A stretch of DNA of 64,000 bases, taken from positions 74,244 through 138,243 of the forward strand of contig JALOQK010000001.1 in the NCBI GenBank assembly GCA_025453395.1. The letters run 5' to 3'. The translations under genes and the position numbers were made by a program. Under the pieces are notes generated by a model. It was not told where the DNA came from. It saw nothing but the letters and a program-made list of their open reading frames with translations, and made no database searches. Position 1 is the stretch's first letter. Every line of letters begins with the position of its first letter. Source of the stretch: Candidatus Omnitrophota bacterium. Lineage in GTDB: Bacteria; Omnitrophota; Gorgyraeia; Gygaellales; Profunditerraquicolaceae. Below, piece by piece: positions 24,812 to 35,028 of the stretch.

Positions 24812-26650
24812 TCATGCAAGTCTATTAGAATCGGCGATGGCTTGCTTTATCTTATCCGTTACTTTATGCTTAGCTAATTCTTCCAAAGAAAGCGGAAGAA
24901 CCAAAGACCAGTTGGTCTGATTGGTAGTTCCGGGAAAGTTGATGCGGTATTGGTAAGGATCACCTTTAAAAATGCCTCCCATAGAGAGTAAATCCGTGAT
25001 CAATTGGATGGAAAATATTGCGGAAGTTTCATAATTAAACTTTAACGCCTTTTCTACTAGCTCATCACTTGCTTCTTCTTGCATGACACCAGTCATTCCT
25101 AGAAGTTTCCAAAGTTTTTCTTTTTCCTGATAAGTATTCTGATACATCTCAATAAAGTCGCCGACTTCTTCTTTTCTTTTGCCTAAGATCCAAACCAAAG
25201 TATCAATATTATCTATTGAATTTTTCCAACGCAAACGCCCATGGCAGGATAACGCGGCATCAAAAAGTTTATCTTTAGTCAACTCGTAATCTATTCTTCT
25301 ATCCTGACACTTACAGGCAAAAAGCCCGTCGTCAATTGTGCCTGCCTCATATTTCCACCAGGCAGCGAAATTTGTCGTGTCATGAGTTGAGAGCATGGTT
25401 ACAGAAGTTTTACGATACTCATAAGCAGGCAAAAAATCATGCCGGTTGCTCCAATCCTTGACCCAGCGCGCCACATCATTACCCGGTATGCCCATATCAC
25501 GCAGGGTATCTGTGCAAACCTTAGGGATTACCCCTAGATCCTCAGCGCACAAAAGCATATCCGATGAATCAAGCATTACTGACAAAATATCCCGGCCCTG
25601 TTTGCCCCAAACATTTTCATCAACTGGGTCAAACGCGCCGCGGCTGCCTTTATTCTCTTCTGGGTCGCTATAAGGAATACTCCAAATTCTAAACAACCCC
25701 ACCACATGGTCCACGCGCAAGATATTATAGAAATTAGAAGCGTATTTAAACTTCTCGCGCGCGTACCTGTAATCATCTTTAGCGATATTCTGCCAGTTAT
25801 AAGTAGGCATGCCCCAACGCTGACCCCTAGAGCAATACATATCAGGAGGGGCCCCTGATGCAAATTCAAGCTTAAAGAATCCCGGATTAGCCCAGACATC
25901 CGCGCTGTCCCGCGACACCAGAATCGGAAGGTCCCCCTTCAGAAAAACCCCCTTAGAATTGGCATGTTTCAAAACATCATTTAACTGTTTAAAAGCTACA
26001 TACTGCAGCCAAACCTGAAAATCTATTTCCTGTTTATTCTTGCGCTGTGCATGCTCAAGGGCTTTTTTGTCACGGCTTGCCAAATCCAAATCCCAATCAT
26101 ACCAGGCGCGCCCGCCTTGTGTTGCCTTAAGCACTTTAAAAAAAGCAAAGTCCTCCAGCCAATAGCTGTTCTCATGCCGGAATCTTATTAAAGCCTTATC
26201 ATCGCAAGTGCCGCTTAAAGAAAATATCTTCCAGAATAATTCCATTTTCCTTTGTTTGATCCGGTAATCCAGGTTCTTCGCAGGCAAAGGAAATTCCGCG
26301 CGGATTTTTTCTATATCCTGTTTCACATGCTTGATCTGCCCTGCAGGCAATAAAGAAAATGATATATACAAAGGCTCAATAGCAAAAGAACTCAAAGCAT
26401 CATAGGGGCAATTAACCCAGCCCATTTCATTAAGCGGCAATAGCTGCAAAATAGAATTACCGGTCTTGGCGCACCAGTCCACAAACTTTTTTAAATCCGC
26501 GAAATCTCCTACGCCAACGCTATCGCGTGAATACAGGGAAAATAAAGGCAGCGCCACCCCTGCTCTTTTTCCTGTTCCAATCTTCTGCCACTTAGAAGCG
26601 GATATGGTATTTAAAAGCGGATTTTCTTCTGCGAGTTTTTTATCTGTCAT
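24812..26650 (-). CDS. malQ: 4-alpha-glucanotransferase (amylomaltase, GH77)
   Basis: GVALPLFSL, GDLPILVS and DHVVGLFRIW motifs of GH77; 612 aa with an N-terminal extension. Confidence 0.8.
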   Translation of the reverse strand: MTDKKLAEENPLLNTISASKWQKIGTGKRAGVALPLFSLYSRDSVGVGDFADLKKFVDWCAKTGNSILQLLPLNEMGWVNCPYDALSSFAIEPLYISFSLLPAGQIKHVKQDIEKIRAEFPLPAKNLDYRIKQRKMELFWKIFSLSGTCDDKALIRFRHENSYWLEDFAFFKVLKATQGGRAWYDWDLDLASRDKKALEHAQRKNKQEIDFQVWLQYVAFKQLNDVLKHANSKGVFLKGDLPILVSRDSADVWANPGFFKLEFASGAPPDMYCSRGQRWGMPTYNWQNIAKDDYRYAREKFKYASNFYNILRVDHVVGLFRIWSIPYSDPEENKGSRGAFDPVDENVWGKQGRDILSVMLDSSDMLLCAEDLGVIPKVCTDTLRDMGIPGNDVARWVKDWSNRHDFLPAYEYRKTSVTMLSTHDTTNFAAWWKYEAGTIDDGLFACKCQDRRIDYELTKDKLFDAALSCHGRLRWKNSIDNIDTLVWILGKRKEEVGDFIEMYQNTYQEKEKLWKLLGMTGVMQEEASDELVEKALKFNYETSAIFSIQLITDLLSMGGIFKGDPYQYRINFPGTTNQTNWSLVLPLSLEELAKHKVTDKIKQAIADSNRLA

Positions 26651-26651
26651 A

Positions 26652-27461
26652 TTAGTAGCAAATTACCATGTTTAAAATATTGCCATAAAAAAATAGCGAC
26701 GCCAAAGCCGCCAATGCCAAAAATGGCCCATAAGGCAGAGTGTGGTCTTTTTTCACGATCATATTTACTACCCCAAAGATGATCCCGGCAAAGGGAGCCA
26801 AGAAAAATGTCATAAGCGCTCTTTCCCAGCCTAAGAAAGCTCCGATCATCGCCAAGAGCTTTACGTCTCCTCCGCCCATGGATTCAGTTTCTCCATTAAT
26901 CGCGGGTTTTTTAAGCAATTTAAAATAGATAAGATCAAATATCCAACCGGTCAAATAAATTACTCCCCCGCCAATAATAATCCCCGAAAGCGAGTAAACT
27001 GCTGGATGCCAATTCCACGAGAAAGGTTTTAAGCTTAAGCCTCTTATAATGTTAAAAACAAGCCCCAAGACTATCCCTCCGATGGAGATTTCATCCGGAA
27101 TAATCCTGTGTTTGATATCCACGAATGTGCCCACAATTAACCCGCAGATAAAGGTAAGATAATAAAAGAAACTGAAACTTAAACCATAAAGGTTAAAACA
27201 TAAAAGAAACACAAGCGCGGTTAAAAGCTCAACCAGTATATAGCGCGGGGAAATCGGCTTCTTGCAATAACGGCACTTCCCCAACAAAAATATATAACTT
27301 ATAAAAGGAATATTATCATACCAAGAAAGCGGTTTTTTGCAGGAAGGGCAATGCGAAGCCGGAAAAACTACCGATTCTTCCAAGGGCATCCTATGGATGC
27401 AGACGTTTAAGAAACTGCCCACAATCGAGCCAAAAAGAAAAACAAATATCTTTTCTAACAT
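26652..27461 (-). CDS. pilD: Prepilin peptidase (type IV leader peptidase / N-methyltransferase, A24 family)
   Basis: N-terminal CPSC...CRYC zinc motif, catalytic Asp-containing loops, eight TM helices. Confidence 0.8.
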   Translation of the reverse strand: MLEKIFVFLFGSIVGSFLNVCIHRMPLEESVVFPASHCPSCKKPLSWYDNIPFISYIFLLGKCRYCKKPISPRYILVELLTALVFLLCFNLYGLSFSFFYYLTFICGLIVGTFVDIKHRIIPDEISIGGIVLGLVFNIIRGLSLKPFSWNWHPAVYSLSGIIIGGGVIYLTGWIFDLIYFKLLKKPAINGETESMGGGDVKLLAMIGAFLGWERALMTFFLAPFAGIIFGVVNMIVKKDHTLPYGPFLALAALASLFFYGNILNMVICY

Positions 27462-27463
27462 TT

Positions 27464-28303
27464 TTAACCTTTCGCTATAGCGTTATTTAAAGCATCGCGC
27501 ATTACATCAATGGGGGCGATTTTGCCGGTAAATATCTCAAAGGACTTTGCCCCCTGATAAAGAAGCATGCCTAAACCATTTAAAGCGGCAGCTTTTTTCT
27601 TGCGCGCCAATTCTAAAAGTTTGGTTTGGGCTGGATTATAAATTAGATCATAGACGTATAATTCCGGATAGATCATCTCCAAAGCAACCAAGCAGGGATC
27701 ATCTTGTTTCATCCCTACGGGGGTGGCATTGACCAAAAGCTGCGCCTGTTTTATATTCAATTCTTCTACCGAAGAAGCGCAGGAAAATTTAATCTTGGGA
27801 AATTTGTTTCTTAGCCGCGATAGAAGTGTTTCGCATCTGGAAGAATCAAGATCATACACAGCTAAGCTTTGGATCCCGGCAAAAGCCAAATACGCGCTAA
27901 CTGCCTTGGCTGCCCCTCCGCAGCCCAGCATGGCTACTTTCTTATTACGCGGGTCAAACCTCATGTCACTTGTCAAATGCCTGATAAACCCTTCGCCATC
28001 AGTATTAAAACCTGTGAGTTTACCGGCTTCGGCCTTAATAGTATTAACCGCGCCGATAAATTCTGCTTCCGGAGAAAGACTTGTCAAATAGGCAATGACT
28101 TTTTCTTTATAAGGGACAGTAATATTTAGGCCGTGGATATTATTGTCCGCTAAAGTTTTAATAAAATTATCTAATTCTTCGGGATTTTTCTCAAAAAGCT
28201 TATATTCAGCGTCAATTTGCAACTTCTGGAAGGCGGCGTTGTGCATTGCCGGAGAAAAACTGTGTTTGACAGGAAAACCCAAAACCCCGTAGATTTTAGG
28301 CAT
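27464..28303 (-). CDS. aroE: Shikimate dehydrogenase
   Basis: GVLGFPVKHSFSP N-terminus, NITVPYK motif and GCGGAAKA Rossmann motif. Confidence 0.85.
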   Translation of the reverse strand: MPKIYGVLGFPVKHSFSPAMHNAAFQKLQIDAEYKLFEKNPEELDNFIKTLADNNIHGLNITVPYKEKVIAYLTSLSPEAEFIGAVNTIKAEAGKLTGFNTDGEGFIRHLTSDMRFDPRNKKVAMLGCGGAAKAVSAYLAFAGIQSLAVYDLDSSRCETLLSRLRNKFPKIKFSCASSVEELNIKQAQLLVNATPVGMKQDDPCLVALEMIYPELYVYDLIYNPAQTKLLELARKKKAAALNGLGMLLYQGAKSFEIFTGKIAPIDVMRDALNNAIAKG

Positions 28304-28310
28304 AAATATT

Positions 28311-29816
28311 TTATAGACTCTCGATTTTATTCAATGCGTTGATATATGCCCTTACTGAAGATTCAATAATATCCGTACTTGCCCCTCTGGAAGTAACTAC
28401 CCTGCCCTTGGCTTTTAGTTTCAAGCTTACTTCGCCAAGCGCGTCTTTTCCTTGAGTGACCGCTTCAATGCGGTAATCCTGAAGTTCACCTTTAATGCCA
28501 GTAGCTTTATCAATGGCCTTAAAGCAGGCATCTACCGGGCCATCTCCTGTGGAAGAAGCGCTTAATTTTTTATTTTTGTAGATCATTGTTACTTCGGCTT
28601 TGGGCGCGATCTTGGTGCCGGAATGAATTTGAAAACCAACAAGCTTCCATACCGGCTTTATGGACTTTATTTCATCTTCCACAAGAGAAACCAAATCATC
28701 ATCAAAGATATTTTTCTTTTTATCGGCTAATTCCTTGAAGCGAAAGTTTACTTTCTCCAACTGCTCTTGGCTTAGAGACACCCCCAGGTCTTTCAGGCGC
28801 TCTGCCAAGGCATGCCTTCCGGAATGTTTGCCCAAAACTATTCCTGTTCCGGTAAACCCCACATCCTCAGGCAAAATAATTTCATAGGTAGAGCGCTCTT
28901 TCAATACCCCGTCTTGATGAATACCGGATTCATGGCGAAAGGCATTTCCTCCCACAATTGCTTTATTCGGAGCAACTACAAATCCTGTAAGTTTACTCAC
29001 CAATCGCGATACTCTATATATCTGATTACAGGCGATATTAGTTTTAACATCCTTAAATATATCCTGGCGGGTTTTGATATTCATTACGATCTCTTCCATA
29101 GAAGCATTGCCCGCGCGCTCGCCAATACCGTTTATAGTGCACTCAACCTGGCGCGCTCCGCTTTTAATTGCTTCCAGGGAATTTGCTACCGCCATACCCA
29201 GATCGTTATGGCAGTGCGTTGAGATAATCGCCTTATTAATATTCGGGACATTGTTCTTGATACTGCGGATCAAATCACCGTATTCTTCAGGCTGGGTGTA
29301 ACCTACGGTATCCGGGATATTTACCGTTGTTGCTCCGGCATTGATTACCGCTTCCAATACCTTAAAGATAAATGCGCGCTCGCTTCTTGAGGCGTCTTCC
29401 GGAGAAAATTCCACATCCGGGCAAAACTTCTTAGCGTATTTTACGCTTTCTACTGCCAAGCGCAAAATCTGATCTTCGGCTTTCTTCAATTTATACTGCA
29501 TGTGGATCTTGGAAGTCGCCAAAAATACATGGATTCGCCCGCGTTTAGCCGGCTTGATCCCGCAAGCGGCCGCGTCAATATCAGCTTTTATTGCCCGCGC
29601 CAAAGCGCAGACAACCGGCCCCTTAATCTCTTTGGCAATTTTTTTAACAGACTGCAAATCTCCGGGGCTGGAGATAGGGAAACCGGCCTCAATAACATCA
29701 ACGCCCATACTGGCTAAAGCATGGGCGATTTCCATCTTTTCAGCAGGGTTAAGGCTTGCCCCCGGCGCCTGCTCCCCGTCGCGAAGTGTAGTATCAAATA
29801 TAATTAGGTTATCCAT
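28311..29816 (-). CDS. leuA: 2-isopropylmalate synthase (or citramalate synthase) LeuA/CimA family
   Basis: IFDTTLRDGEQ start region, HCHNDLGMAVANS motif, C-terminal LeuA dimerisation/regulatory domain. Start placed at MDNLIIFDTT; the longer ORF extends to 29864. Confidence 0.8.
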   Translation of the reverse strand: MDNLIIFDTTLRDGEQAPGASLNPAEKMEIAHALASMGVDVIEAGFPISSPGDLQSVKKIAKEIKGPVVCALARAIKADIDAAACGIKPAKRGRIHVFLATSKIHMQYKLKKAEDQILRLAVESVKYAKKFCPDVEFSPEDASRSERAFIFKVLEAVINAGATTVNIPDTVGYTQPEEYGDLIRSIKNNVPNINKAIISTHCHNDLGMAVANSLEAIKSGARQVECTINGIGERAGNASMEEIVMNIKTRQDIFKDVKTNIACNQIYRVSRLVSKLTGFVVAPNKAIVGGNAFRHESGIHQDGVLKERSTYEIILPEDVGFTGTGIVLGKHSGRHALAERLKDLGVSLSQEQLEKVNFRFKELADKKKNIFDDDLVSLVEDEIKSIKPVWKLVGFQIHSGTKIAPKAEVTMIYKNKKLSASSTGDGPVDACFKAIDKATGIKGELQDYRIEAVTQGKDALGEVSLKLKAKGRVVTSRGASTDIIESSVRAYINALNKIESL

Positions 29817-29825
29817 AATATTTAA

Positions 29826-29912
29826 CTTAAAATTTAAAGCGTAAAGCGTAAAACCATAATTCAAAATTCAAAGTTTTTAGTTTTACGTTTTTCGCTTTAC
29901 GTTTTACGCTTT
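29826..29912. repeat. Family B heptamer palindrome, copy 3
   Basis: aaagcgtaaagcgtaaaaccataattcaaaattcaaagtttttagttttacgtttttcgctttacgttttacgctttc; overlaps the ilvC stop codon. Confidence 0.75.
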
Positions 29913-30899
29913 CTTCATCCAGGGCATCATCTCACGCAGCTGCTTACCCACCTTCTCTATCAAGTGATTATCCCCTGCGGCAATAAGCTTATTGAAATTG
30001 GGGCGGCCTTGTTCATTTTCCTTGATCCATTCCTTGGCAAATTCCCCAGACTGGATTTCTTTTAATATTTTTTCCATTTCCTTGCGCGTTTCTTTGGTAA
30101 TAACTCTTGTGCCGCGGGTTAAATCTCCGTAACAGGCGGTATTAGAAACGCCACGGCGCATCCCGGAAATCCCTCTTTCCTGAATTAAGTCCGTAATAAG
30201 TTTTAACTCATGCAATACTTCAAAATAAGCGATTTCCGGTTGATAGCCTGCGGCAACCAAAGTATCAAACCCGGCCATGATCAATTCGCTTGCCCCGCCG
30301 CATAAAACCGCTTGCTCTCCAAATAGGTCAGTTTCTGTTTCTTCTTTGAAATCCGTCTGGATAACCCCTGCTTTTGTGGCCTTAAGCGCCTTGGCATAGG
30401 CTAAAGCCAGGTCAAGCGCCTTGCCGGTTGCGTTCTGATAAACTGCTACCAACGACGGCACCCCCTTGTCCTCTTCATACATTTTTCTTACCAAAGCTCC
30501 CGGGCCTTTGGGAGCAACCATAAAGACATCCACATCCTTAGGCGGGACTATTTGTTTAAAATGAATATTAAACCCGTGCGAAAAACAAAGCGCCTTGCCG
30601 GCTTTTAAATTCGGCTCAATAGATTCTTTGTAAACTTTTGCCTGCACGTGGTCTTGGGTTAATATCTGGATAATATCCGCCTGCTTGGCTGCTTCCGCGG
30701 CACTTACCGGATCAAACCCATCTTTTTTGGCTTGCTCGTAGTTAGGCGTGCCGGAGGTTTCTGACACAACCACGCTTACCCCTGAATCACGCAAACACAA
30801 AGACTGTCCTCTTCCCTGTATGCCATATCCGATAATCGCGACTTTTTTATTTTTTAATAAATCCAAATTTGCGTCTTTCTCGTAATAAACCTTAATCAT
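29904..30899 (-). CDS. ilvC: Ketol-acid reductoisomerase
   Basis: [17 protein letters not shown] Rossmann region and class I KARI length (331 aa). Confidence 0.9.
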   Translation of the reverse strand: MIKVYYEKDANLDLLKNKKVAIIGYGIQGRGQSLCLRDSGVSVVVSETSGTPNYEQAKKDGFDPVSAAEAAKQADIIQILTQDHVQAKVYKESIEPNLKAGKALCFSHGFNIHFKQIVPPKDVDVFMVAPKGPGALVRKMYEEDKGVPSLVAVYQNATGKALDLALAYAKALKATKAGVIQTDFKEETETDLFGEQAVLCGGASELIMAGFDTLVAAGYQPEIAYFEVLHELKLITDLIQERGISGMRRGVSNTACYGDLTRGTRVITKETRKEMEKILKEIQSGEFAKEWIKENEQGRPNFNKLIAAGDNHLIEKVGKQLREMMPWMKKA

Positions 30900-31383
30900 C
30901 TTGCGTGTCTCCTTTCGCCATAGCGATTTTTCCGGTGCGAATCAATTCCACGACGGTAAATCTTCTTAATTCCTCCAGAAGCTTTTTTATATTGTCCTGT
31001 TCCCCTACCGCTTCAATAATAGCGGTTTTGTTCTTTGAAAAAACTATCTTTGCCACGTAGCTGTTGACAATATTATCTAATTTTGCCTTATCTTTAAGGC
31101 TATGATTTACCTTAGCTAAAATAAGCTCTCTTTCCACGTGCTCCCTTTTGGTAAAATCAGTGATGGAAATAACATCAATGAGTTTATTCAGCTGTTTTTT
31201 AATCTGCTCAAGTATCTTCTCGTCTTTGGCATCCACGACAATAGTCATGCATGAAATCTCCGGATCCAAGGTCTCGGAAACAGCCAAAGATGAAATATTA
31301 TAACCTCTGGCGCTGAATAATCCGGAAATCCGCGCCAAGACCCCAAATTTATTTTCCACTGATACCGTAATCGTATGCCTCAT
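30892..31383 (-). CDS. ilvH: Acetolactate synthase small (regulatory) subunit
   Basis: ACT-domain N-terminus ([28 protein letters not shown]); overlaps ilvB and ilvC. Confidence 0.85.
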   Translation of the reverse strand: MRHTITVSVENKFGVLARISGLFSARGYNISSLAVSETLDPEISCMTIVVDAKDEKILEQIKKQLNKLIDVISITDFTKREHVERELILAKVNHSLKDKAKLDNIVNSYVAKIVFSKNKTAIIEAVGEQDNIKKLLEELRRFTVVELIRTGKIAMAKGDTQDD

Positions 31384-33044
31384 GCTAAACCCTCAATCAT
31401 TCTATTTAATGCTTCTCCTGCCGGCACCATAGGAAACACATTCTCTTCCGGCTCAATACGAAAATCTATCAAGACGGTATTTTCTGTATTAATCGCCTTT
31501 TCGATTGCGGCTGTTACATCTTTTTTCTCGGTGACCCTTATCCCCAGCGCGCCATAACTATCGGCCAATTTCACAAAGTCAGGGCTGGTGATGCCCACAT
31601 GCGAATAGCGCCTTTTATAAAAAAGTTCCTGCCATTGCCTGACCATACCTAAATAACCGTTATTAAGGATAGCGACTTTCACGTGGATCTTATTGGCCAC
31701 GCAAGTTGCCAATTCCTGTATATTCATCTGAATAGACCCATCCCCTGCCACATCAAAAACTTCTCTGTCCGGGAAAGCTACTTTTGCTCCCATGGCTGCT
31801 GGAAGCCCGAATCCCATTGTCCCCAAGCCTCCGGAAGAAATAAAGGTGCGCGGATTATTATATTTATACCACTGCGCCGCCCACATTTGATTCTGCCCGA
31901 CTTCAGTAGTAATAATCGCCTCGCCCTTAGTAATCTTATCAATCTGCTCTATAACATATTGCGGCTTGATTTTGCCTTCATCCTTATATATTAAGGGATG
32001 TTTTTTCTTATAGGTGTCCACTATTTTCAACCACTCTTTTGTATCGGGGGCTTTCTTGATTTCTTCAAGAAGCGCTCCTAAAATATTCTTGGCATCTCCC
32101 ACAATCGGGATGTGCACTGCCACGTTCTTGCTTATTGAAGAAGGGTCAATATCAATATGCACGATTTTAGCGTTGGGCGCAAAGGCATCGAGCCTGCCGG
32201 TCACCCGGTCATCAAAACGGGCTCCCACCGCGATAATCACATCCGCTTCCATGATCGCGTGATTGGCGTAAGCTGTGCCATGCATCCCCAACATCCCTAA
32301 AGATAATTCGTGATCCGACGGAAAAGCCCCGATACCCATCAGCGTCCAAGTTACAGGGGCCTGGATCTTATTGGCAAACCTAAGAAGCACTTCACTGGAA
32401 GCGCTTGTAATGACCCCGCCGCCTATATAAAGAAGCGGCTTCCTGGCTTCGGAAATTATTTTAGCTGCTTTTTTGATCTGGCCCGGATGCCCAAAATAGG
32501 TCGGCTTGTAACTTCTTATCTGTACCTCTTGCGGAAAGATAAATTCCGTATCCTGCATCTGCACATCAGAGGGGATATCAATTAACACCGGGCCCGGACG
32601 GCCAGTTGAGGCCACATAAAAAGCCTCGCGCACAATGCGCGCTAGATCTTTAACATCTTTAACTAAATAATTATGCTTGGTGATCGGACGGGTAATACCG
32701 GTAACATCCGCTTCCTGGAAGGCGTCGTTTCCGATCAGGAAACTTTTTACCTGCCCTGTGATCGCCACCATGGGAATTGAATCCATATAAGCTGTGGCAA
32801 TTCCTGTGGTCAGATTAGTCGCTCCCGGTCCGGAGGTAGCCAAGCACACCCCCACTTTCCCAGTAGCGCGGGAATACCCGTCGGCAGCGTGAGCAGCTGC
32901 CTGTTCATGACGCACTAAAATAAGCTTTAAATCCGAATCATAAAGCTTGTCAAAAATAGGCAAAACCTGCCCCCCGGGGTAGCCAAACAGCACCTCTACC
33001 CCTTCACGTTTTAAAGATTCAATAAGTATTTGAGCACCCGTCAT
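31380..33044 (-). CDS. ilvB: Acetolactate synthase large subunit
   Basis: TPP enzyme motifs (GYPGG, GDGSIQMNIQE) and ALS-specific residues; 554 aa. Confidence 0.9.
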   Translation of the reverse strand: MTGAQILIESLKREGVEVLFGYPGGQVLPIFDKLYDSDLKLILVRHEQAAAHAADGYSRATGKVGVCLATSGPGATNLTTGIATAYMDSIPMVAITGQVKSFLIGNDAFQEADVTGITRPITKHNYLVKDVKDLARIVREAFYVASTGRPGPVLIDIPSDVQMQDTEFIFPQEVQIRSYKPTYFGHPGQIKKAAKIISEARKPLLYIGGGVITSASSEVLLRFANKIQAPVTWTLMGIGAFPSDHELSLGMLGMHGTAYANHAIMEADVIIAVGARFDDRVTGRLDAFAPNAKIVHIDIDPSSISKNVAVHIPIVGDAKNILGALLEEIKKAPDTKEWLKIVDTYKKKHPLIYKDEGKIKPQYVIEQIDKITKGEAIITTEVGQNQMWAAQWYKYNNPRTFISSGGLGTMGFGLPAAMGAKVAFPDREVFDVAGDGSIQMNIQELATCVANKIHVKVAILNNGYLGMVRQWQELFYKRRYSHVGITSPDFVKLADSYGALGIRVTEKKDVTAAIEKAINTENTVLIDFRIEPEENVFPMVPAGEALNRMIEGLA

Positions 33045-33049
33045 AATCC

Positions 33050-33240
33050 ACCTCTAATCAATAACCAAACACCAAATTACAATAACCAAATAATCATCAA
33101 ACACCAATTACCAATACCCAAACCTGTTTGGTCCATTGGTTATTGATTATTGGATATTGTTTGATATTTGCCTGCCTGCCGGTAGGCAGGAAATTTGGTT
33201 ATTGATTATTAACATTTAGTTATTGTAATATTGCTCCTTT
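33050..33240. repeat. ~190-bp 'aaccaaa/ttggtt' palindromic element (family G) containing the family C near-palindrome CCTGCCTGCCGGTAGGCAGG at 33170-33191
   Basis: Left arm aataaccaaacaccaaattacaataaccaaataatcatcaaacaccaattaccaata mirrors right arm cattggttattgattattggatattgtttgata...tttggttattgattatt. Confidence 0.7.
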
Positions 33241-34872
33241 ATCCGCGGAACTGACCAACCTAGAATACCTTGATAAATATCCGGTCTTGATTTTTGGTTC
33301 TAGAATCTTAAGCTTCTTTAATCTCTTATCTATTTCCTTATTTGTCAGGCGGACATTGATACGCCTTGCGGCAATATCAATATCAATTATATCGCCATTT
33401 TTCAAAATTGCAATGGGCCCGCCCTTGGCGGCTTCCGGAGAAACGTGGCCTATGCAAGGGCCTTTGGTGCCTCCGGAGAATCTTCCGTCGGTAATAAGCG
33501 CCACTGAATCCGACAGCCCTAATCCCACAATCGCTGATGTAGGGGCTAACATCTCGCGCATGCCCGGGCCGCCTGATGGGCCCTCATAGCGGATAACAAC
33601 CACATCAGCGGATTTTATTTTATTAGCAAGAATCGCTTCCATCGCGTATTCTTCGCGCTCAAACACCCGCGCGCGGCCTGTGAACTTCATCATTTTAGGG
33701 CTTACCGCGGCCTGCTTGACCACTGAGCCGTCAGGAGCTAAATTGCCGAATAAAACCGCCAAGCCGCCTTCTTTATGATAAGCTCTGTCCAGCGGGCGGA
33801 TAACATCTTCATTAGAAATACAGGCCTGATCGGCAATATCATGAATTTTTCTTCCGCTTACAGTAGTAAGATTATGTAATTTGCTTTTTAGCCGTTTCAT
33901 TACTGCCGGGATTCCTCCGGCAAATTCCAGATCCTCCATATAATGCTCTCCGGCGGGCTCAAGCAAAGTAATATGCGGTACAGTCTTTCCAATCTTATCA
34001 AAAGTCTTTAAGTCCAATTTTATCCCTGCTTCATGGGCAATGGCCATAAGATGCAAAATAGTATTACTCGAACCGCCCAAAGCCATATCGACGACAATGG
34101 CGTTCTCAAGAGAATCTTTAGTAATAATGTCCCGCGGCTTGATATCTTTCTTGACTAATTCCACGATCCGCTCTCCGCTTGCCTGGGCGATCCTTCTTTT
34201 TTTGGCAGAAACCGCTAAAGCGGTCCCGCAGCCCGGAAGAGACATCCCTAAAGTTTCAGTTAAGCATGCCATAGTATTGGCGGTATATAACCCTTGGCAG
34301 GAACCAGCTCCGGGGCAAGCCTCTTCTTCCAAACATGCTAATTCGCGGCTTAAGATCCGGCCGTTCTTGGCTTTGGCTATTGCCTCATAAGTATCATGCA
34401 CAAAAGCTAACTTTTTCTGATTTAATCTTCCAGAAAGCATGGGGCCCGCGGTAACAATAATCGCCGGGATATTCAAGCGCGATACCCCCATAATCATTCC
34501 GGGAGTGATTTTATCGCAATTAGTCAAACAGACAATTCCGTCTAACTGATGCGCGTTACAAACAGTTTCAATTGTGTCCGCGATGATCTCACGCGATGCC
34601 AAAGGATAACACATCCCCAAATGCCCCATGGCAATTCCGTCGCAAATTCCGGGAACACCGAAGAAGAATGGGACCGCCCCGGCGTAACAAACCCCTCTTT
34701 CAATATAGCGTTCTAAATCGCGCATGCCCACGTGCCCCGGGATAAGGTCAGTAAAAGAAGTAGCCACCCCTATAAAGGGTTTATCAAAATCCCTTCTAGA
34801 TAAACCTGTCGCGTGTAATAGCGCGCGATGCGGTATCCTCTCAATGCCTTTCTTAATCTTATCCGACCTCAT
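33220..34872 (-). CDS. ilvD: Dihydroxy-acid dehydratase
   Basis: Conserved ILVD/EDD motifs ([14 protein letters not shown]) and Cys cluster; 550 aa. Confidence 0.9.
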   Translation of the reverse strand: MRSDKIKKGIERIPHRALLHATGLSRRDFDKPFIGVATSFTDLIPGHVGMRDLERYIERGVCYAGAVPFFFGVPGICDGIAMGHLGMCYPLASREIIADTIETVCNAHQLDGIVCLTNCDKITPGMIMGVSRLNIPAIIVTAGPMLSGRLNQKKLAFVHDTYEAIAKAKNGRILSRELACLEEEACPGAGSCQGLYTANTMACLTETLGMSLPGCGTALAVSAKKRRIAQASGERIVELVKKDIKPRDIITKDSLENAIVVDMALGGSSNTILHLMAIAHEAGIKLDLKTFDKIGKTVPHITLLEPAGEHYMEDLEFAGGIPAVMKRLKSKLHNLTTVSGRKIHDIADQACISNEDVIRPLDRAYHKEGGLAVLFGNLAPDGSVVKQAAVSPKMMKFTGRARVFEREEYAMEAILANKIKSADVVVIRYEGPSGGPGMREMLAPTSAIVGLGLSDSVALITDGRFSGGTKGPCIGHVSPEAAKGGPIAILKNGDIIDIDIAARRINVRLTNKEIDKRLKKLKILEPKIKTGYLSRYSRLVSSADKGAILQ

Positions 34873-34892
34873 ATTTTACCTCCAAGTCACAA

Positions 34893-35028
34893 GTTAGCGT
34901 AAAGCGTAAAACGAAAAGTGTAAGACTATAATTTAAAATTCAAAAATTTTAAATTTTGCGCTATAGTTTTACATTTTACGCTTTTCGCTTCTGTTTTTCG
35001 CTTTTCGCTTTTCGCTTTTCGCTTTCTA
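34893..35028. repeat. Family B heptamer palindrome, copy 4, with (TTTTCGC)x6 tandem run
   Basis: gttagcgtaaagcgtaaaacgaaaagtg...gttttacattttacgcttttcgcttctgtttttcgcttttcgcttttcgcttttcgctttc. Confidence 0.75.
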
